From Desulfosoma sp. (lineage in GTDB: Bacteria; Desulfobacterota; Syntrophobacteria; Syntrophobacterales; DSM-9756): a stretch of DNA of 64,000 bases. Made by a program: the position numbers and the translations under genes. The notes beneath the pieces were generated by a model. The model saw only the letters and a list, made by a program, of their open reading frames with translations. It was not told the DNA's origin and did not search any database. Each line of letters opens with the position of its first letter. Positions within the stretch are counted from its first letter, which is position 1. The stretch covers positions 14,569 to 78,568 of the forward strand of contig JBBFKW010000004.1 in the NCBI GenBank assembly GCA_037481835.1, written 5' to 3'. Positions 48,382 through 58,625 of this stretch are shown here, one piece after another.

Positions 48382-50914
48382 CCCACAGGCCTGGATTCGC
48401 ATCCGAAAAGCCCGACAAAACAACCTCCAAGATCTCGACGTGGACCTTCCCAAGAACGCCTTTGTGGTCGTCACCGGCGTCAGTGGCTCGGGCAAGTCCA
48501 CGCTGGTTTTCGACGTCCTCCACGCTGAGACTCAAAGGCGGTATTTCAATTCCTTCCTTCCCACTTCCAGCATGGCCCTTCTGCCCAGCTTTCGTCGGGA
48601 AAAGCCGGATGTGGAGGCCATCGACGGCTTGAGTCCCTCCATCGCCGTGGAACAGTGCCGGTTTCCTTCCAACCCTCGATCCACGGTGGGCACCTATACC
48701 GACATTTACGATTTCCTGAGGCTCCTCTTCACCCGACTGGGAACCCCCACGTGCCCCTCGTGCCGGATTCCCATCCGATCCCACACCATCCGCCAAATGA
48801 TCGAACACCTCCTCCAAAGCCCGGAAGGCACCCGGGTGATGATTACGGCTCCTCTGAAACCCATTCCCGAAAAGAAACTCGCCCGCCTCTTGGCCTCCCT
48901 GAAGCGGGACGGTTTCATGCGGATCCTGTGGGACAATGAAGTGTATCTGCTGGATCCCATGCCGGCGCTTCCGCGCCGGCCCCAATACGCCCTGGAATTG
49001 GTCGTCGACCGCGTGAGCCTCAAAGCCGAAGCGTCAGGGCGCCTTTCAGGCTCTTTGGAGCTTGCCGCACGATACGGAAGCGGAACCGTTCGGATCGCCT
49101 TCGAAACAGGAGAGAGCCTCACCTTTTCCCAGAACGCCGCGTGCCCGCGGTGCGGACATGTGGCCCCCCCGCCTTCCATGGCCCTCTTTTCCTTCTTTCA
49201 TACCAAGGGGATGTGCCCGCGCTGCGAGGGAACAGGGGTGGATCCGGCCGGCTCGCCCAAGAAGGCGCCGGCGGAAGAAGACGTTCTCGATCTTCCCCGG
49301 GGCACGCCTTGCCCGGAATGCAAAGGCACGCGCTTGAACCAAAACGCCCGGTCGGTGCTTGTCGAAGGATGTTCCATCGGAGCCGTCCACGCCATGACGG
49401 TTTCGGACATGGACGCCTGGCTTAAAGGTCTGGATCCGGCGCCCCATGAAAGAGAGATCGCGGAAAAAATCCGAGAAGAAATACGCCAGCGCCTTCAGGC
49501 GCTGGAAAGACTCGGGCTGGGCTACGTCTCCCTGGACCGCCCCGTCGCCTCCCTTTCTTCCGGGGAAGCCCAACGCATGCGTCTCGCCCAACAGGTTTCC
49601 GCCCCGTTTTCCGGAATCATTTACATCATCGACGAACCCAGCGTGGGACTGCATCCCCAGGATATGGAAAGACTCATGGAAATCCTGCGGGATCTTCGGG
49701 CCCGGCAAAACACGGTCATCGTCGTGGAACATGATCCCGCCACCGTGCTGGAGGCCGACTACGTGGTGGAACTTGGCCCCGGGGCCGGCCCCGCCGGCGG
49801 CCGACTGGTCTTCGCCGGACCGCCCAAAGAACTCCAGCAATGCCGCCATTCCATCACCGCACCCTATTTGAAAAGAATCCGCGCCGCGGCACTCAAACCT
49901 TCCACCGGGGCAAAACCATTCAACCGGTTTCTCGTGCTGGAAGGTGCCAAAGGCCACAATCTCCAAAACATCACGGTTCGCTTTCCCCTGGAGGCGCTCA
50001 CGTGCGTTACCGGTGTTTCCGGATCCGGCAAGAGCTCCCTCGTGGTGCAGACCCTCTATCCCGCCCTGCTACGCGCCATCCACAAGGTGGACGCCCCGGC
50101 CTTGCCCTTTGAGGCCCTTGCAGGCTGGGAAAGCCTGCGCCGCATCCTGGTCATGGACCAATCCCCCGCAGGGCGGTTGCCAAGGTCCGTCCCGGCCACC
50201 TACTGCGGCGTCTTCGATCCCCTGCGGACCCTCTTTGCCGGACTTCCCGAAGCCAAGGCGCGGGGGTACTCGGCCGATCGGTTTTCATTCAATGTTTCCG
50301 GAGGCCGATGCGAAACCTGCCGGGGAGAAGGCCGCGTGCGCGTGGAAATGTTCCTTCTTCCCGATGTCTTTATCACCTGCCCCCAGTGCGGCGGGTCTCG
50401 CTACGACGATGAGACTCTCTCCGTTCGTTTCAAGGGACTGTCCATCGCCGACGTGCTGAACCTCAGCGTCTCTCAAGCCGCAGACCTCTTTCGCAACCTT
50501 CCCACCATCCGCCGCAAGCTCACCGTCATGGAAGAAGTGGGGCTGGGCTACCTTCGGCTCGGCCAACCGGGCAATACCCTTTCGGGCGGCGAAGCCCAGA
50601 GGCTCAAGCTGGCCCGTGAACTGGCCCGATCCGGTCGCCAACCGTCCTTGTACCTTTTCGATGAGCCCACAACTGGGCTTCATCCTCACGACGTGGAAAA
50701 GCTGGTGGCCCTTTTGCGCCGCCTCGTTTTAGCGGGGCATACGGTGATCGTTATCGAGCACGACCCGGATTTCATCCGATGCGCGGATTATCTGGTGGAT
50801 TTGGGTCCAGGAGCCGGACCCGAGGGCGGTCGCGTCGTGGCCGAAGGCCCCATGCCGGAGGTGCTCACCAGCTTCCATACACCCACGATCACGGCCCTGC
50901 GCCTCGGACGGTGA
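48377..50914 (+). CDS. uvrA: Excinuclease ABC subunit A homologue (short, divergent)
   Basis: Two GVSGSGKS Walker A motifs, [16 protein letters not shown], Zn-finger CxxC pairs, 845 aa. Confidence 0.88.
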   Translation: MSPQAWIRIRKARQNNLQDLDVDLPKNAFVVVTGVSGSGKSTLVFDVLHAETQRRYFNSFLPTSSMALLPSFRREKPDVEAIDGLSPSIAVEQCRFPSNPRSTVGTYTDIYDFLRLLFTRLGTPTCPSCRIPIRSHTIRQMIEHLLQSPEGTRVMITAPLKPIPEKKLARLLASLKRDGFMRILWDNEVYLLDPMPALPRRPQYALELVVDRVSLKAEASGRLSGSLELAARYGSGTVRIAFETGESLTFSQNAACPRCGHVAPPPSMALFSFFHTKGMCPRCEGTGVDPAGSPKKAPAEEDVLDLPRGTPCPECKGTRLNQNARSVLVEGCSIGAVHAMTVSDMDAWLKGLDPAPHEREIAEKIREEIRQRLQALERLGLGYVSLDRPVASLSSGEAQRMRLAQQVSAPFSGIIYIIDEPSVGLHPQDMERLMEILRDLRARQNTVIVVEHDPATVLEADYVVELGPGAGPAGGRLVFAGPPKELQQCRHSITAPYLKRIRAAALKPSTGAKPFNRFLVLEGAKGHNLQNITVRFPLEALTCVTGVSGSGKSSLVVQTLYPALLRAIHKVDAPALPFEALAGWESLRRILVMDQSPAGRLPRSVPATYCGVFDPLRTLFAGLPEAKARGYSADRFSFNVSGGRCETCRGEGRVRVEMFLLPDVFITCPQCGGSRYDDETLSVRFKGLSIADVLNLSVSQAADLFRNLPTIRRKLTVMEEVGLGYLRLGQPGNTLSGGEAQRLKLARELARSGRQPSLYLFDEPTTGLHPHDVEKLVALLRRLVLAGHTVIVIEHDPDFIRCADYLVDLGPGAGPEGGRVVAEGPMPEVLTSFHTPTITALRLGR

Positions 50915-50972
50915 TCCCTGGGAACAACCGTTTGGAATGAAAGGAGGGGAGCCTCCGGCGCGAGGTGTCGGC

Positions 50973-51605
50973 TCACACGCCGGTAGACAGGTGGTAGGCG
51001 ATACAGTCCAGTTTGATGGTAAAATCCACGTTTTCCACGTGGCAACAGTCGGGAACCTGGATTTGAACGGGCGCGAAATTGAGGATCCCGTTGATGCCTG
51101 CGAGGATGAGCTGGTTGGCCACACTTTGGGCGGCGCTGGCCGGCGTGGCGATGACGCCGATGTGCACGTCCCGTTCCCGCACCACTTCTTCCAATTCATC
51201 CACGTGGTTGACAATGAGCCCGTTGGGGAGTTTTTTCCCCACCTTCTGGGGGTCCACATCGAAGGCCGCCGTGAAGATGTAGCCGTGTTTCACGAAATTG
51301 CCATGCCGGATCATGGACGAGCCGATATTGCCCAGGCCCACCATGGCCAGGTTCCACGTGCGGTTGAGGCCGAGGATTTCCTTGATCTGGTTGACCAAAT
51401 CCGCCACATGGTAGCCCACACCGCGCACGCCGAATTCGCCGAAGTAGGCCAGGTCCTTTCGAATCTGCGCCGGGTTCACCCCGCATTGCTTGGCCAGCCG
51501 CTCCGAAGAAATGACATCCACGTCATCCTCCAGGAGCTCCTGCAGGGTTCGGACGTAGATGGAAAGGCGGTTGATGGTCGCCATGGGGATTTTGGCAAAT
51601 TTCAT
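50973..51605 (-). CDS. rex: Redox-sensing transcriptional repressor
   Basis: TINRLSIY, QIRKDLAYFGEFG.RG.GY, GLGNIG, ILNFAP. Confidence 0.96.
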   Translation of the reverse strand: MKFAKIPMATINRLSIYVRTLQELLEDDVDVISSERLAKQCGVNPAQIRKDLAYFGEFGVRGVGYHVADLVNQIKEILGLNRTWNLAMVGLGNIGSSMIRHGNFVKHGYIFTAAFDVDPQKVGKKLPNGLIVNHVDELEEVVRERDVHIGVIATPASAAQSVANQLILAGINGILNFAPVQIQVPDCCHVENVDFTIKLDCIAYHLSTGV

Positions 51606-51689
51606 CCTCTGCCCCTCATGCAGCCGTTGGTGCCGCGCCGGAACGCGCCTTAAAAGCCCTTGTGCATGCAGCCATGCCACGGATCCGTG

Positions 51690-51707
51690 TTGTGCTGCTC
51701 TTCACAT
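51690..51707. promoter_or_regulatory. Rex-like operator upstream of rex (possible autoregulation)
   Basis: TTGTGCT-GCTC-TTCACAT, 11/14. Confidence 0.55.
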
Positions 51708-51820
51708 GGCCAGGTTTAAAAGAAGGCCAAACCACCCGCTTACGGGGCATGGGGACCGAGGGCGATTTCCCTCGATCCCCACGGAGATTCAGCCTTCGTC
51801 GGAGCGCCTTCGCCTCGTCT

Positions 51821-52192
51821 TTAGTGCGCCAGGCCCACGAAGCCCTGGATGAGCTTGGAGACCGGGTTGGCGTAGATGAGGATGAGGGCGATGACCAGAG
51901 CGTAGATACACAGGGACTCGATCATGGCCAGACCGATCATCATGGTCACCGTGATCTTGCCGGAGGCTTCCGGGTTGCGGGCCACACCTTCCACGGAGCT
52001 CTTGATGGCCATGCCCTGGCCCAAGCCCGTCCCGAAGGCGGCGATGGCGATCCCGAATCCTGCGGCCACGGCCGAATACATGAAGAACCGAAGGCCTTCG
52101 ACCTTTTCGGCCGATCCCGCGTCCGCAGCCATGGCCAACGTGGTCAACCCGAGAACCAACAGCGTCGTGAAGAACCCAACTTTCCTAGACAT
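51821..52192 (-). CDS. atpE: F0 ATP synthase subunit c with N-terminal extension
   Basis: [34 protein letters not shown]. Confidence 0.95.
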   Translation of the reverse strand: MSRKVGFFTTLLVLGLTTLAMAADAGSAEKVEGLRFFMYSAVAAGFGIAIAAFGTGLGQGMAIKSSVEGVARNPEASGKITVTMMIGLAMIESLCIYALVIALILIYANPVSKLIQGFVGLAH

Positions 52193-52272
52193 CGATACAA
52201 CCTCCTTGGATTGAGAATTAAGTTTATGCGGCCTTTCCTCCAACCGTAACCGCCTCAGGGAATCCTTAAATC

Positions 52273-52995
52273 CTAGTGGGCTTCTTCGATGGCCCCGGCA
52301 AAGTACATGGATGAGAGCAGGCAGAAGATGAAGGCCTGCACAAAACCCGTGAACAACCCCAGGAACATGATGGGCAGGGGTGCCAGGTACAGGCCGGCGA
52401 GGAAAAAGAGAATGGCCAAGACCAGCTCCTCCCCGAAGATGTTTCCGAAAAGACGGATGGACAGGCTGAGCACGCGGGCCGTGTGGCCGATGAGTTCAAT
52501 GGGGAAGATTAAAGGGGTCAGCCACCAAATGGGGCCCATGAAATGCTTGATGTACTTGATGCCATGGAATCGCACGCCGATGACATGGGTAAAGGTCACG
52601 ACGATCAAGGCGCAGGCGGCCGTCGTGTTGATGTTGGCCGTGGGGGCGAAGAAACCCGGAATCATGCCCATGTAGTTGCTGAGCAGGATGAAAAAGCCCA
52701 GGGTGGCAATGAGGGGAAAGGCGAAGCGGCCCTCCTCTCCGGTGATCCCCACCATGAAGTCTTCGATCCCCGTGATGACCATCTCGAAAAAGTTCTGGCC
52801 TCCCGACGGGACCAGCTCCAGGCGGCTCACGGCCAGCTTGGCCAAAATGAGCAAGACGGCGGCCACCACCCATGTGTAGACCACATGGGGCAGAAGCAGC
52901 TTTTGCAGGAAGGTGTGGGCCTCATCGGCACTGTGGACGATGGGAAGTCCCAGCTTTTCCAACAGAATGCTGAGAAACAAGACCGGATGTTCCAT
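52273..52995 (-). CDS. atpB: F0 ATP synthase subunit a
   Basis: [24 protein letters not shown]. Confidence 0.96.
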   Translation of the reverse strand: MEHPVLFLSILLEKLGLPIVHSADEAHTFLQKLLLPHVVYTWVVAAVLLILAKLAVSRLELVPSGGQNFFEMVITGIEDFMVGITGEEGRFAFPLIATLGFFILLSNYMGMIPGFFAPTANINTTAACALIVVTFTHVIGVRFHGIKYIKHFMGPIWWLTPLIFPIELIGHTARVLSLSIRLFGNIFGEELVLAILFFLAGLYLAPLPIMFLGLFTGFVQAFIFCLLSSMYFAGAIEEAH

Positions 52996-52998
52996 AGC

Positions 52999-53397
52999 TT
53001 ACCTCTCTCCCCTCATGACCATTTTCACGGCTTCCTCTATGGCCACCAGCACAATGCTGACCATCACCACCGACAATCCCGCCAGGAACGCCGGTGGATC
53101 CACCCACCCGTAGTAAAGCACCGTAAAGACCACAAACACGGTGCCCAGGAATCGAAGGTAGTACTTGACGAAGAGCACCCCCTTGGAAGGGACGCGGCCG
53201 GGATGTTGAAACGCCCGCCGCATTTGCCATTTCATCACCTGAAAGCTCACCGTAACGGTGGCCCCTCCCAGGAGCACCCCCAGAGCGTCACGTATGGAAA
53301 AGAACAAGGCGGCACCCAGCGCGGCACAAAAGAGAAGAATCACATTCACAAGCTGGATGCGCCGAATCAGCCTTTCATCGCTCAGCAGTGTCCCCAA
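52999..53397 (-). CDS. atpI: ATP synthase protein I
   Basis: Four TM helices, KYYLRF, position before atpB. Confidence 0.85.
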   Translation of the reverse strand: MGTLLSDERLIRRIQLVNVILLFCAALGAALFFSIRDALGVLLGGATVTVSFQVMKWQMRRAFQHPGRVPSKGVLFVKYYLRFLGTVFVVFTVLYYGWVDPPAFLAGLSVVMVSIVLVAIEEAVKMVMRGER

Positions 53398-53404
53398 GAG
53401 TCTC

Positions 53405-53638
53405 TTACGGCGTGCGCCGGTCCTCGCGCTGCTGCCTCCGCATGAACCGCACGTAGTTGCGAAAGCCCGCGATGATTCCCATGACCAAAAACACCAAGGT
53501 GAGCCATGGGAAGGTCCCGAAGTGGGAATCCAGCCAAAAGCCTATGGCAACGCCGATGAAAATGGCGAAAGCCACCGAAAATCCCAGGGTGCTCGCCAAA
53601 CCGACCTGTTTCAGGTATTTTTTCGTCTCTTCTTTCAT
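53405..53638 (-). CDS. atpZ: AtpZ/AtpI-family small membrane protein
   Basis: G..IG.WLD..FGT.PW...FL..GIIAGF. Confidence 0.88.
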   Translation of the reverse strand: MKEETKKYLKQVGLASTLGFSVAFAIFIGVAIGFWLDSHFGTFPWLTLVFLVMGIIAGFRNYVRFMRRQQREDRRTP

Positions 53639-53646
53639 CGGCCACT

Positions 53647-53664
53647 TCGTGTAAAATATCACAG
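53647..53664. promoter_or_regulatory. Rex-like operator upstream of the atp operon
   Basis: TCGTGTA-AAAT-ATCACAG, 10/14, between promoter-like boxes and the start codon. Confidence 0.5.
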
Positions 53665-53782
53665 ACTACCTAGCATAGGCCCCCACCCAAGTCAACGCAA
53701 TTTTTCGTCGGCCCCTGGGGCAGGCTCGACAACGCCACAGAAGCCCACACGGCGTGCCCGATTTTTTTCAGCGCGCTTCTCC

Positions 53783-55105
53783 TCATGACCGCAGGGCCTT
53801 GCCCCCACTGCACATTTCCTTGACGACCCGAAGGGATTCCAAGGCCGCCTCGGCGGTGCGATCCAGGTCTTCCCGGCTGTGAGCCGTGCTCAGGAAAAAG
53901 CTTTCGAATTGAGATGGGGCGAGGTAGACGCCGCGAGAGCGCATCTCCCGGAAAAAGACGGCGTAGGCGGTGGTGTCCGCCTTGAGGGCCGTTGCAAAAT
54001 CCGTGACCTTCGCATCGGTAAAGAAGGCTGTTCCCATGGATCCCACGCGGTTCAAAGTCACCGGCACTCCGGCGATCCGGGACGCTTCGCGCAAGGCGGC
54101 TTCCAAAGCCGCCCCTTTTTCTTCCAGCGATTCGTAAATCCCGGGGCCACCGAGTATGGTGAGGGTCGCCAAGCCTGCGGCCATGGCCAGAGGGTTTCCG
54201 GAAAGCGTCCCCGCCTGGTAGACATCTCCCAAGGGTGCCACCCTTTCCATGATCTCCCGCCGGCCGCCGTAGGCCCCCACGGGAAGGCCGCCACCAAGGA
54301 TCTTTCCCAAGCAGGTGAGGTCGGGGCGGACGCCGAACCGTTCCTGAGCCCCTCCGGGAGCGAGGCGAAATCCGGTGATGACTTCATCGAAGATAAGCAG
54401 GCTGCCGTAGGTGTCGCACAACCGCCGAAGTCCCGGTAGGAAATCGGGCTTGGGGATGACGGTTCCCATATTGCCTGCAACGGGCTCCACGATGATCCCG
54501 GCAACGGTTTCGCCGTGGGCTTTCATGACCGCCTCTACTGCGGCGAGATCATTATACGGAACCGACACGGTGTGGGCCACCACTTCGGGCGGCACGCCGG
54601 GACTTCCGGGAATGCCCAAGGTCGCCAGGCCTGACCCCCCTTTGACCAGGAGGCAGTCGCTATGGCCGTGGTAGCACCCGTCGAATTTGATGATTTTCGG
54701 CCGCCCCGTATAACCCCGGGCCAGCCGAACGGCGCTCATGGTTGCCTCCGTTCCCGAATTGACCATGCGGACCATATCCATGGACGGGACCATGGCCACC
54801 ACTTTTTCCGCGAGCTCCACTTCCAACCGGCAGGGAATGCCGTAGGACATGCCCTGGGTCGCCGCAAAGCGCACGGCTTGGACCACCTCGGGATGGGCAT
54901 GGCCGAGGATCATCGGCCCCCAGGAGCCCACGTAGTCGATGTAGACGCGGCCGTCTTCGTCTTCCAGCCGACACCCGGAGGCTTTCTTGACAAAAAAAGG
55001 GGAGGCGCCCACCGATCGGCAGGATCGTACCGGAGAGTTTACCCCGCCGGGGATGAGGCCCTGAGCGTGCCTGAAGAGCGTTTCCGAAATGGTGTTTTGT
55101 CCCAT
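53783..55105 (-). CDS. hemL: Glutamate-1-semialdehyde 2,1-aminomutase
   Basis: [43 protein letters not shown]. Confidence 0.97.
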   Translation of the reverse strand: MGQNTISETLFRHAQGLIPGGVNSPVRSCRSVGASPFFVKKASGCRLEDEDGRVYIDYVGSWGPMILGHAHPEVVQAVRFAATQGMSYGIPCRLEVELAEKVVAMVPSMDMVRMVNSGTEATMSAVRLARGYTGRPKIIKFDGCYHGHSDCLLVKGGSGLATLGIPGSPGVPPEVVAHTVSVPYNDLAAVEAVMKAHGETVAGIIVEPVAGNMGTVIPKPDFLPGLRRLCDTYGSLLIFDEVITGFRLAPGGAQERFGVRPDLTCLGKILGGGLPVGAYGGRREIMERVAPLGDVYQAGTLSGNPLAMAAGLATLTILGGPGIYESLEEKGAALEAALREASRIAGVPVTLNRVGSMGTAFFTDAKVTDFATALKADTTAYAVFFREMRSRGVYLAPSQFESFFLSTAHSREDLDRTAEAALESLRVVKEMCSGGKALRS

Positions 55106-55189
55106 GAGACCCCCTTTTGTCCTTTATCTTTCCGGTGCGGGAAAGCGGATCACAGGACCGCGGGGTTTCCAAACAGCCCCCCCGCGCCC

Positions 55190-56965
55190 TTAGTCTTCCC
55201 GCAGCTTCTGCATTTCCCTATGGTAGGCGTGCATGAGATCCTCCAAACGGAGCATCCCCACCACCCCCAAGTCCCTCTCTTCCACGGGGATTTGACCGTA
55301 GCCCGAAGCCAGGAATTTCATCAAGGCCTCGTAGAGGCTTTCATCCGGCGAAAGGCGCACCGGAGGCGAAGCGAGTTCACCGACCACGACAAGTTCCGCA
55401 ATGGAGTCTTCAAAGAGCACCGTGCGAATATCCTGGAGCGACAGAATCCCTTTGAGGTGGAATCGGTCGTCCACCACAGGGAAGAACGATTCCCGGGTGT
55501 GGACCATGAACCGCTTGAGTTCCCGAAAGGTCATGTCTTCGGGAAGGCTGGTGACGGGCAGGCTCGGATCGTAGGCATCCCGGACCTTCAAATCCTGCAG
55601 GACATTCATCACCATGTCGGTGCGGTGCGCCGGAGAATGGAACTTGTTCAAGACCTGTTTTTCATACAAGGCCCACCCGTGGGAGCACAACACGGCGATG
55701 ACGGAGGCGAACATCAGGGGCACCACGAGGCCGTATCCTCCGGTCATTTCGCACACCATGAGCAAGGCCCCGATGGGGGCCTTGGCCACCCCGGCGAAAA
55801 ACGCCCCCATTCCCACCAGGGCAAAAGCCCCGGGGTTTGCCACCCATTGAGGGAATAGCCCGTAGGACACCTGCCCCACGGCGCCCCCCAGCATGGCGCC
55901 GATGAAAAGGGACGGGCCGAACACGCCGCCGCTGCCTCCCGAGGAAATGGTAAAGGACGTGGCAAAGATTTTAAGCACGGCGAGGCTGAGCATTAGGGTC
56001 ACAGACAACTGCCCGAACAGGGCTTTTTGAATGGTCCCGTAGCCGCCGCTCATGACCTCAGGCCTCCAGTAGGCGATCAGGCCCACCATGAGGCCCCCGA
56101 CCGAGGGAATCAAAGCCTTTTTCAAGGGCAGCCGGCGAAAGAAATAGTCGCGCATCCCGTAGAAGATCTTCACGTAGGCAAATCCGAAAGGGACGCAGAC
56201 CAGGCCGAGAGCGGCATAGAACAGAAGTTCCACGGGATTGGCGAAATGAATGGGGGGAATGTCGAAGATGGGTCTTTGCCCGAAAATACTAATAAAAATG
56301 GCATTGGCGATGACGGACGACATAATACACAGGATAATGCCTTCCGTCTCGAAATCCTCTCGATAGAGCACTTCAATCGCTGTGAGCGCTCCGCCTAGGG
56401 GGGCCCGGAAAATGGCACCCAGCCCCGCAGCGCACCCGGCCAGGAGCATGAGCCGCCGTTCCCGCACGCTCATTTGGAGGAACCGGGCCACCCACGAGCC
56501 GAAGCCCGCTCCGATTTGGGCGATGGGCCCCTCACGCCCGGCGCTGCCCCCTGTGGACAGGGTGATGATGGAGGCGATCCCCTTCACGTAGGGCACACGC
56601 GTGCGGATAATGCCGTTTTTGTTGTGGAAGGCGTCAATGAGGGCGTCCGTGCCGTGCCCTTCGGCTTCCGGTGCATAGCGGTACACTAAGAAACCCGAAA
56701 GGAGCCCCCCGAAAGCGGGGAGGAAAAGGAGCATCCAACGGCGGAAAACGCTCGAGCCCTCCAATGACACCAGGTGTTCCCCGCCGGGCTTGGTGAGCGG
56801 GTACCCCGCCAAATACTCCAAGAAAAAATACTTGCCCCACTCCAGCAGGACGAAAAACAAGCAGGCCCCCAGGCCGCTGACCACCCCCACGACCACGCTG
56901 TAAAGAACCCAGCGCAGAGTCTTGTTGCGCTCCAGAGCACCCCGCATCCCAGCCAGTCGTATCAC
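55190..56965 (-). CDS. ClC-family chloride channel/antiporter with CBS pair
   Basis: GHGT, GSAGREGP, GSGGVFGPSL, C-terminal CBS domains. Confidence 0.92.
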   Translation of the reverse strand: MIRLAGMRGALERNKTLRWVLYSVVVGVVSGLGACLFFVLLEWGKYFFLEYLAGYPLTKPGGEHLVSLEGSSVFRRWMLLFLPAFGGLLSGFLVYRYAPEAEGHGTDALIDAFHNKNGIIRTRVPYVKGIASIITLSTGGSAGREGPIAQIGAGFGSWVARFLQMSVRERRLMLLAGCAAGLGAIFRAPLGGALTAIEVLYREDFETEGIILCIMSSVIANAIFISIFGQRPIFDIPPIHFANPVELLFYAALGLVCVPFGFAYVKIFYGMRDYFFRRLPLKKALIPSVGGLMVGLIAYWRPEVMSGGYGTIQKALFGQLSVTLMLSLAVLKIFATSFTISSGGSGGVFGPSLFIGAMLGGAVGQVSYGLFPQWVANPGAFALVGMGAFFAGVAKAPIGALLMVCEMTGGYGLVVPLMFASVIAVLCSHGWALYEKQVLNKFHSPAHRTDMVMNVLQDLKVRDAYDPSLPVTSLPEDMTFRELKRFMVHTRESFFPVVDDRFHLKGILSLQDIRTVLFEDSIAELVVVGELASPPVRLSPDESLYEALMKFLASGYGQIPVEERDLGVVGMLRLEDLMHAYHREMQKLRED

Positions 56966-57065
56966 GGAATCTTCATGCTCCCCAGGAGGCTCGACCGCTC
57001 AACTCGCCCGACACTGTTCGCTGTCTTCCACATCCGGGCTGATGGGCGGGCACAACGCCCTTCGG

Positions 57066-58622
57066 TCAGTTTTCTTCCAGCGTGATTTCATATTGTTCCA
57101 AATGAAAGCTCCGCTCGCCCTGGACATGGAAACACGCATGAAGGGCTTCTTCCAGTCTTTCCAGGGATGCCCGTTCTTCGTCCAGAAGCCTGGCCGCCAC
57201 GTGGGGGTGAACTTGAATGAGGACGTTTCGGCCGAAGAGCTCCCGCTGTTCCCTTTGGATTTCCCGAAGGATTTCATAGCACAGGGTTTGGGTGGATTTG
57301 AGCTGCCCGTGGCCTTCGCAGTAGAAACAGGGTTCGCAGAGGGTTCTTCCGATGCTTTCGCGCGTCCGCTTTCGCGTCATCTCGATGAGGCCCAGTTCGG
57401 ACATGCGCAGAATGTTGGTCTTGCTCTTATCCTTTCGGACCGCCTCCTTGAGGGCGTTAAAGACCTTTTCCCGGTTGGCTTCCTTTTCCATGTCGATAAA
57501 ATCGATGATGATAATGCCGCCGATGTTGCGCAACCGGAGCTGGCAGGCGATTTCTTTGACCGCTTCCAGGTTGGTCTTGAGAATGGTTTCTTCCAGATTG
57601 CGTTTGCCCACGTATCGGCCCGTATTCACGTCGATGGCCGTGAGGGCTTCCGTCGTTTCGATAACGATATAGCCGCCGGACTTGAGCCACACCTTCTTGC
57701 TCAGCGCGCGCTGGACTTCCATTTCAATGCCGTAGGCGTCAAAGATGGGTTCGCTCCCTTCGTAGAGTTCCACGCCGTTTTTCAACGACGGCAGAAAGGT
57801 TTCCGTAAATTGCAGGACCTTTCGGTACTCCTGGGGATTGTCGATGATGAGCCGGTCCACTTCTTTGGTGAAAAGATCCCGAACGGCCCGCAGCGTGATA
57901 TCCAAATCCCGATACACCAGGGACGGCACCGCTGCGGTTTCCGCCCGGCGCTGAATGTTCTGCCACAACTTCAGGAGAAACTCCATTTCCGCCTGGATCT
58001 TTTCCGGGTCTTCCCCTTCGGCCGCCGTGCGCACGATAAAGCCGCAGTGGGCCGGCTTGATTTCCAGGACCAAGTCCCTGAGCCGTTTGCGTTCTTTTTC
58101 GTCTTCGATGCGCCGTGACACCCCCACGTGGTCCATGAGGGGCATCAAAACGAGGTTGCGACCCGGCAAGGTCACATGGGTCGTGATTCTCGCCCCTTTG
58201 TTGCCAAGGGGTTCTTTGGCCACCTGCACCAAGATCTCCTGGCCTTCCCGCAGCCTGTCTTCAATGGGCACATCGACCAGTTCTCTGTCATCCAAAGAGG
58301 ATTCGGATGAGTCGGCATCTTGGAAAGGAGCCGTCCCCTGATTTTCTTCCAGGCCGGATCCGGAGTCTTGAAAGATCTGATCCATTTCCATCAAAGGATG
58401 ATGGACATCGCTCACATAGAGAAAGGCCGCCTTTTCCAACCCGATGTCCACGAAGGCCGCCTGCATACCGGGAAGCACTCGAACGACCCTTCCTTTATAG
58501 ATGTTGCCGGCAATGCCTTCATCGGAAGCCCTTTCGATATAGAGCTCGGCCACCTGGCCGTTTTCGACGAGGGCCACACGGGTTTCGTAAAAATCCGCGT
58601 TGATGATCAATTCCGAAGCCAT
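57066..58622 (-). CDS. rng: Ribonuclease G (Rne/Rng family)
   Basis: GNIYKG.V..VLPGMQAAFVDIG, AIDVNTG, GGIIIIDFIDM, CFYC. Confidence 0.94.
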   Translation of the reverse strand: MASELIINADFYETRVALVENGQVAELYIERASDEGIAGNIYKGRVVRVLPGMQAAFVDIGLEKAAFLYVSDVHHPLMEMDQIFQDSGSGLEENQGTAPFQDADSSESSLDDRELVDVPIEDRLREGQEILVQVAKEPLGNKGARITTHVTLPGRNLVLMPLMDHVGVSRRIEDEKERKRLRDLVLEIKPAHCGFIVRTAAEGEDPEKIQAEMEFLLKLWQNIQRRAETAAVPSLVYRDLDITLRAVRDLFTKEVDRLIIDNPQEYRKVLQFTETFLPSLKNGVELYEGSEPIFDAYGIEMEVQRALSKKVWLKSGGYIVIETTEALTAIDVNTGRYVGKRNLEETILKTNLEAVKEIACQLRLRNIGGIIIIDFIDMEKEANREKVFNALKEAVRKDKSKTNILRMSELGLIEMTRKRTRESIGRTLCEPCFYCEGHGQLKSTQTLCYEILREIQREQRELFGRNVLIQVHPHVAARLLDEERASLERLEEALHACFHVQGERSFHLEQYEITLEEN

Positions 58623-58625
58623 GGT

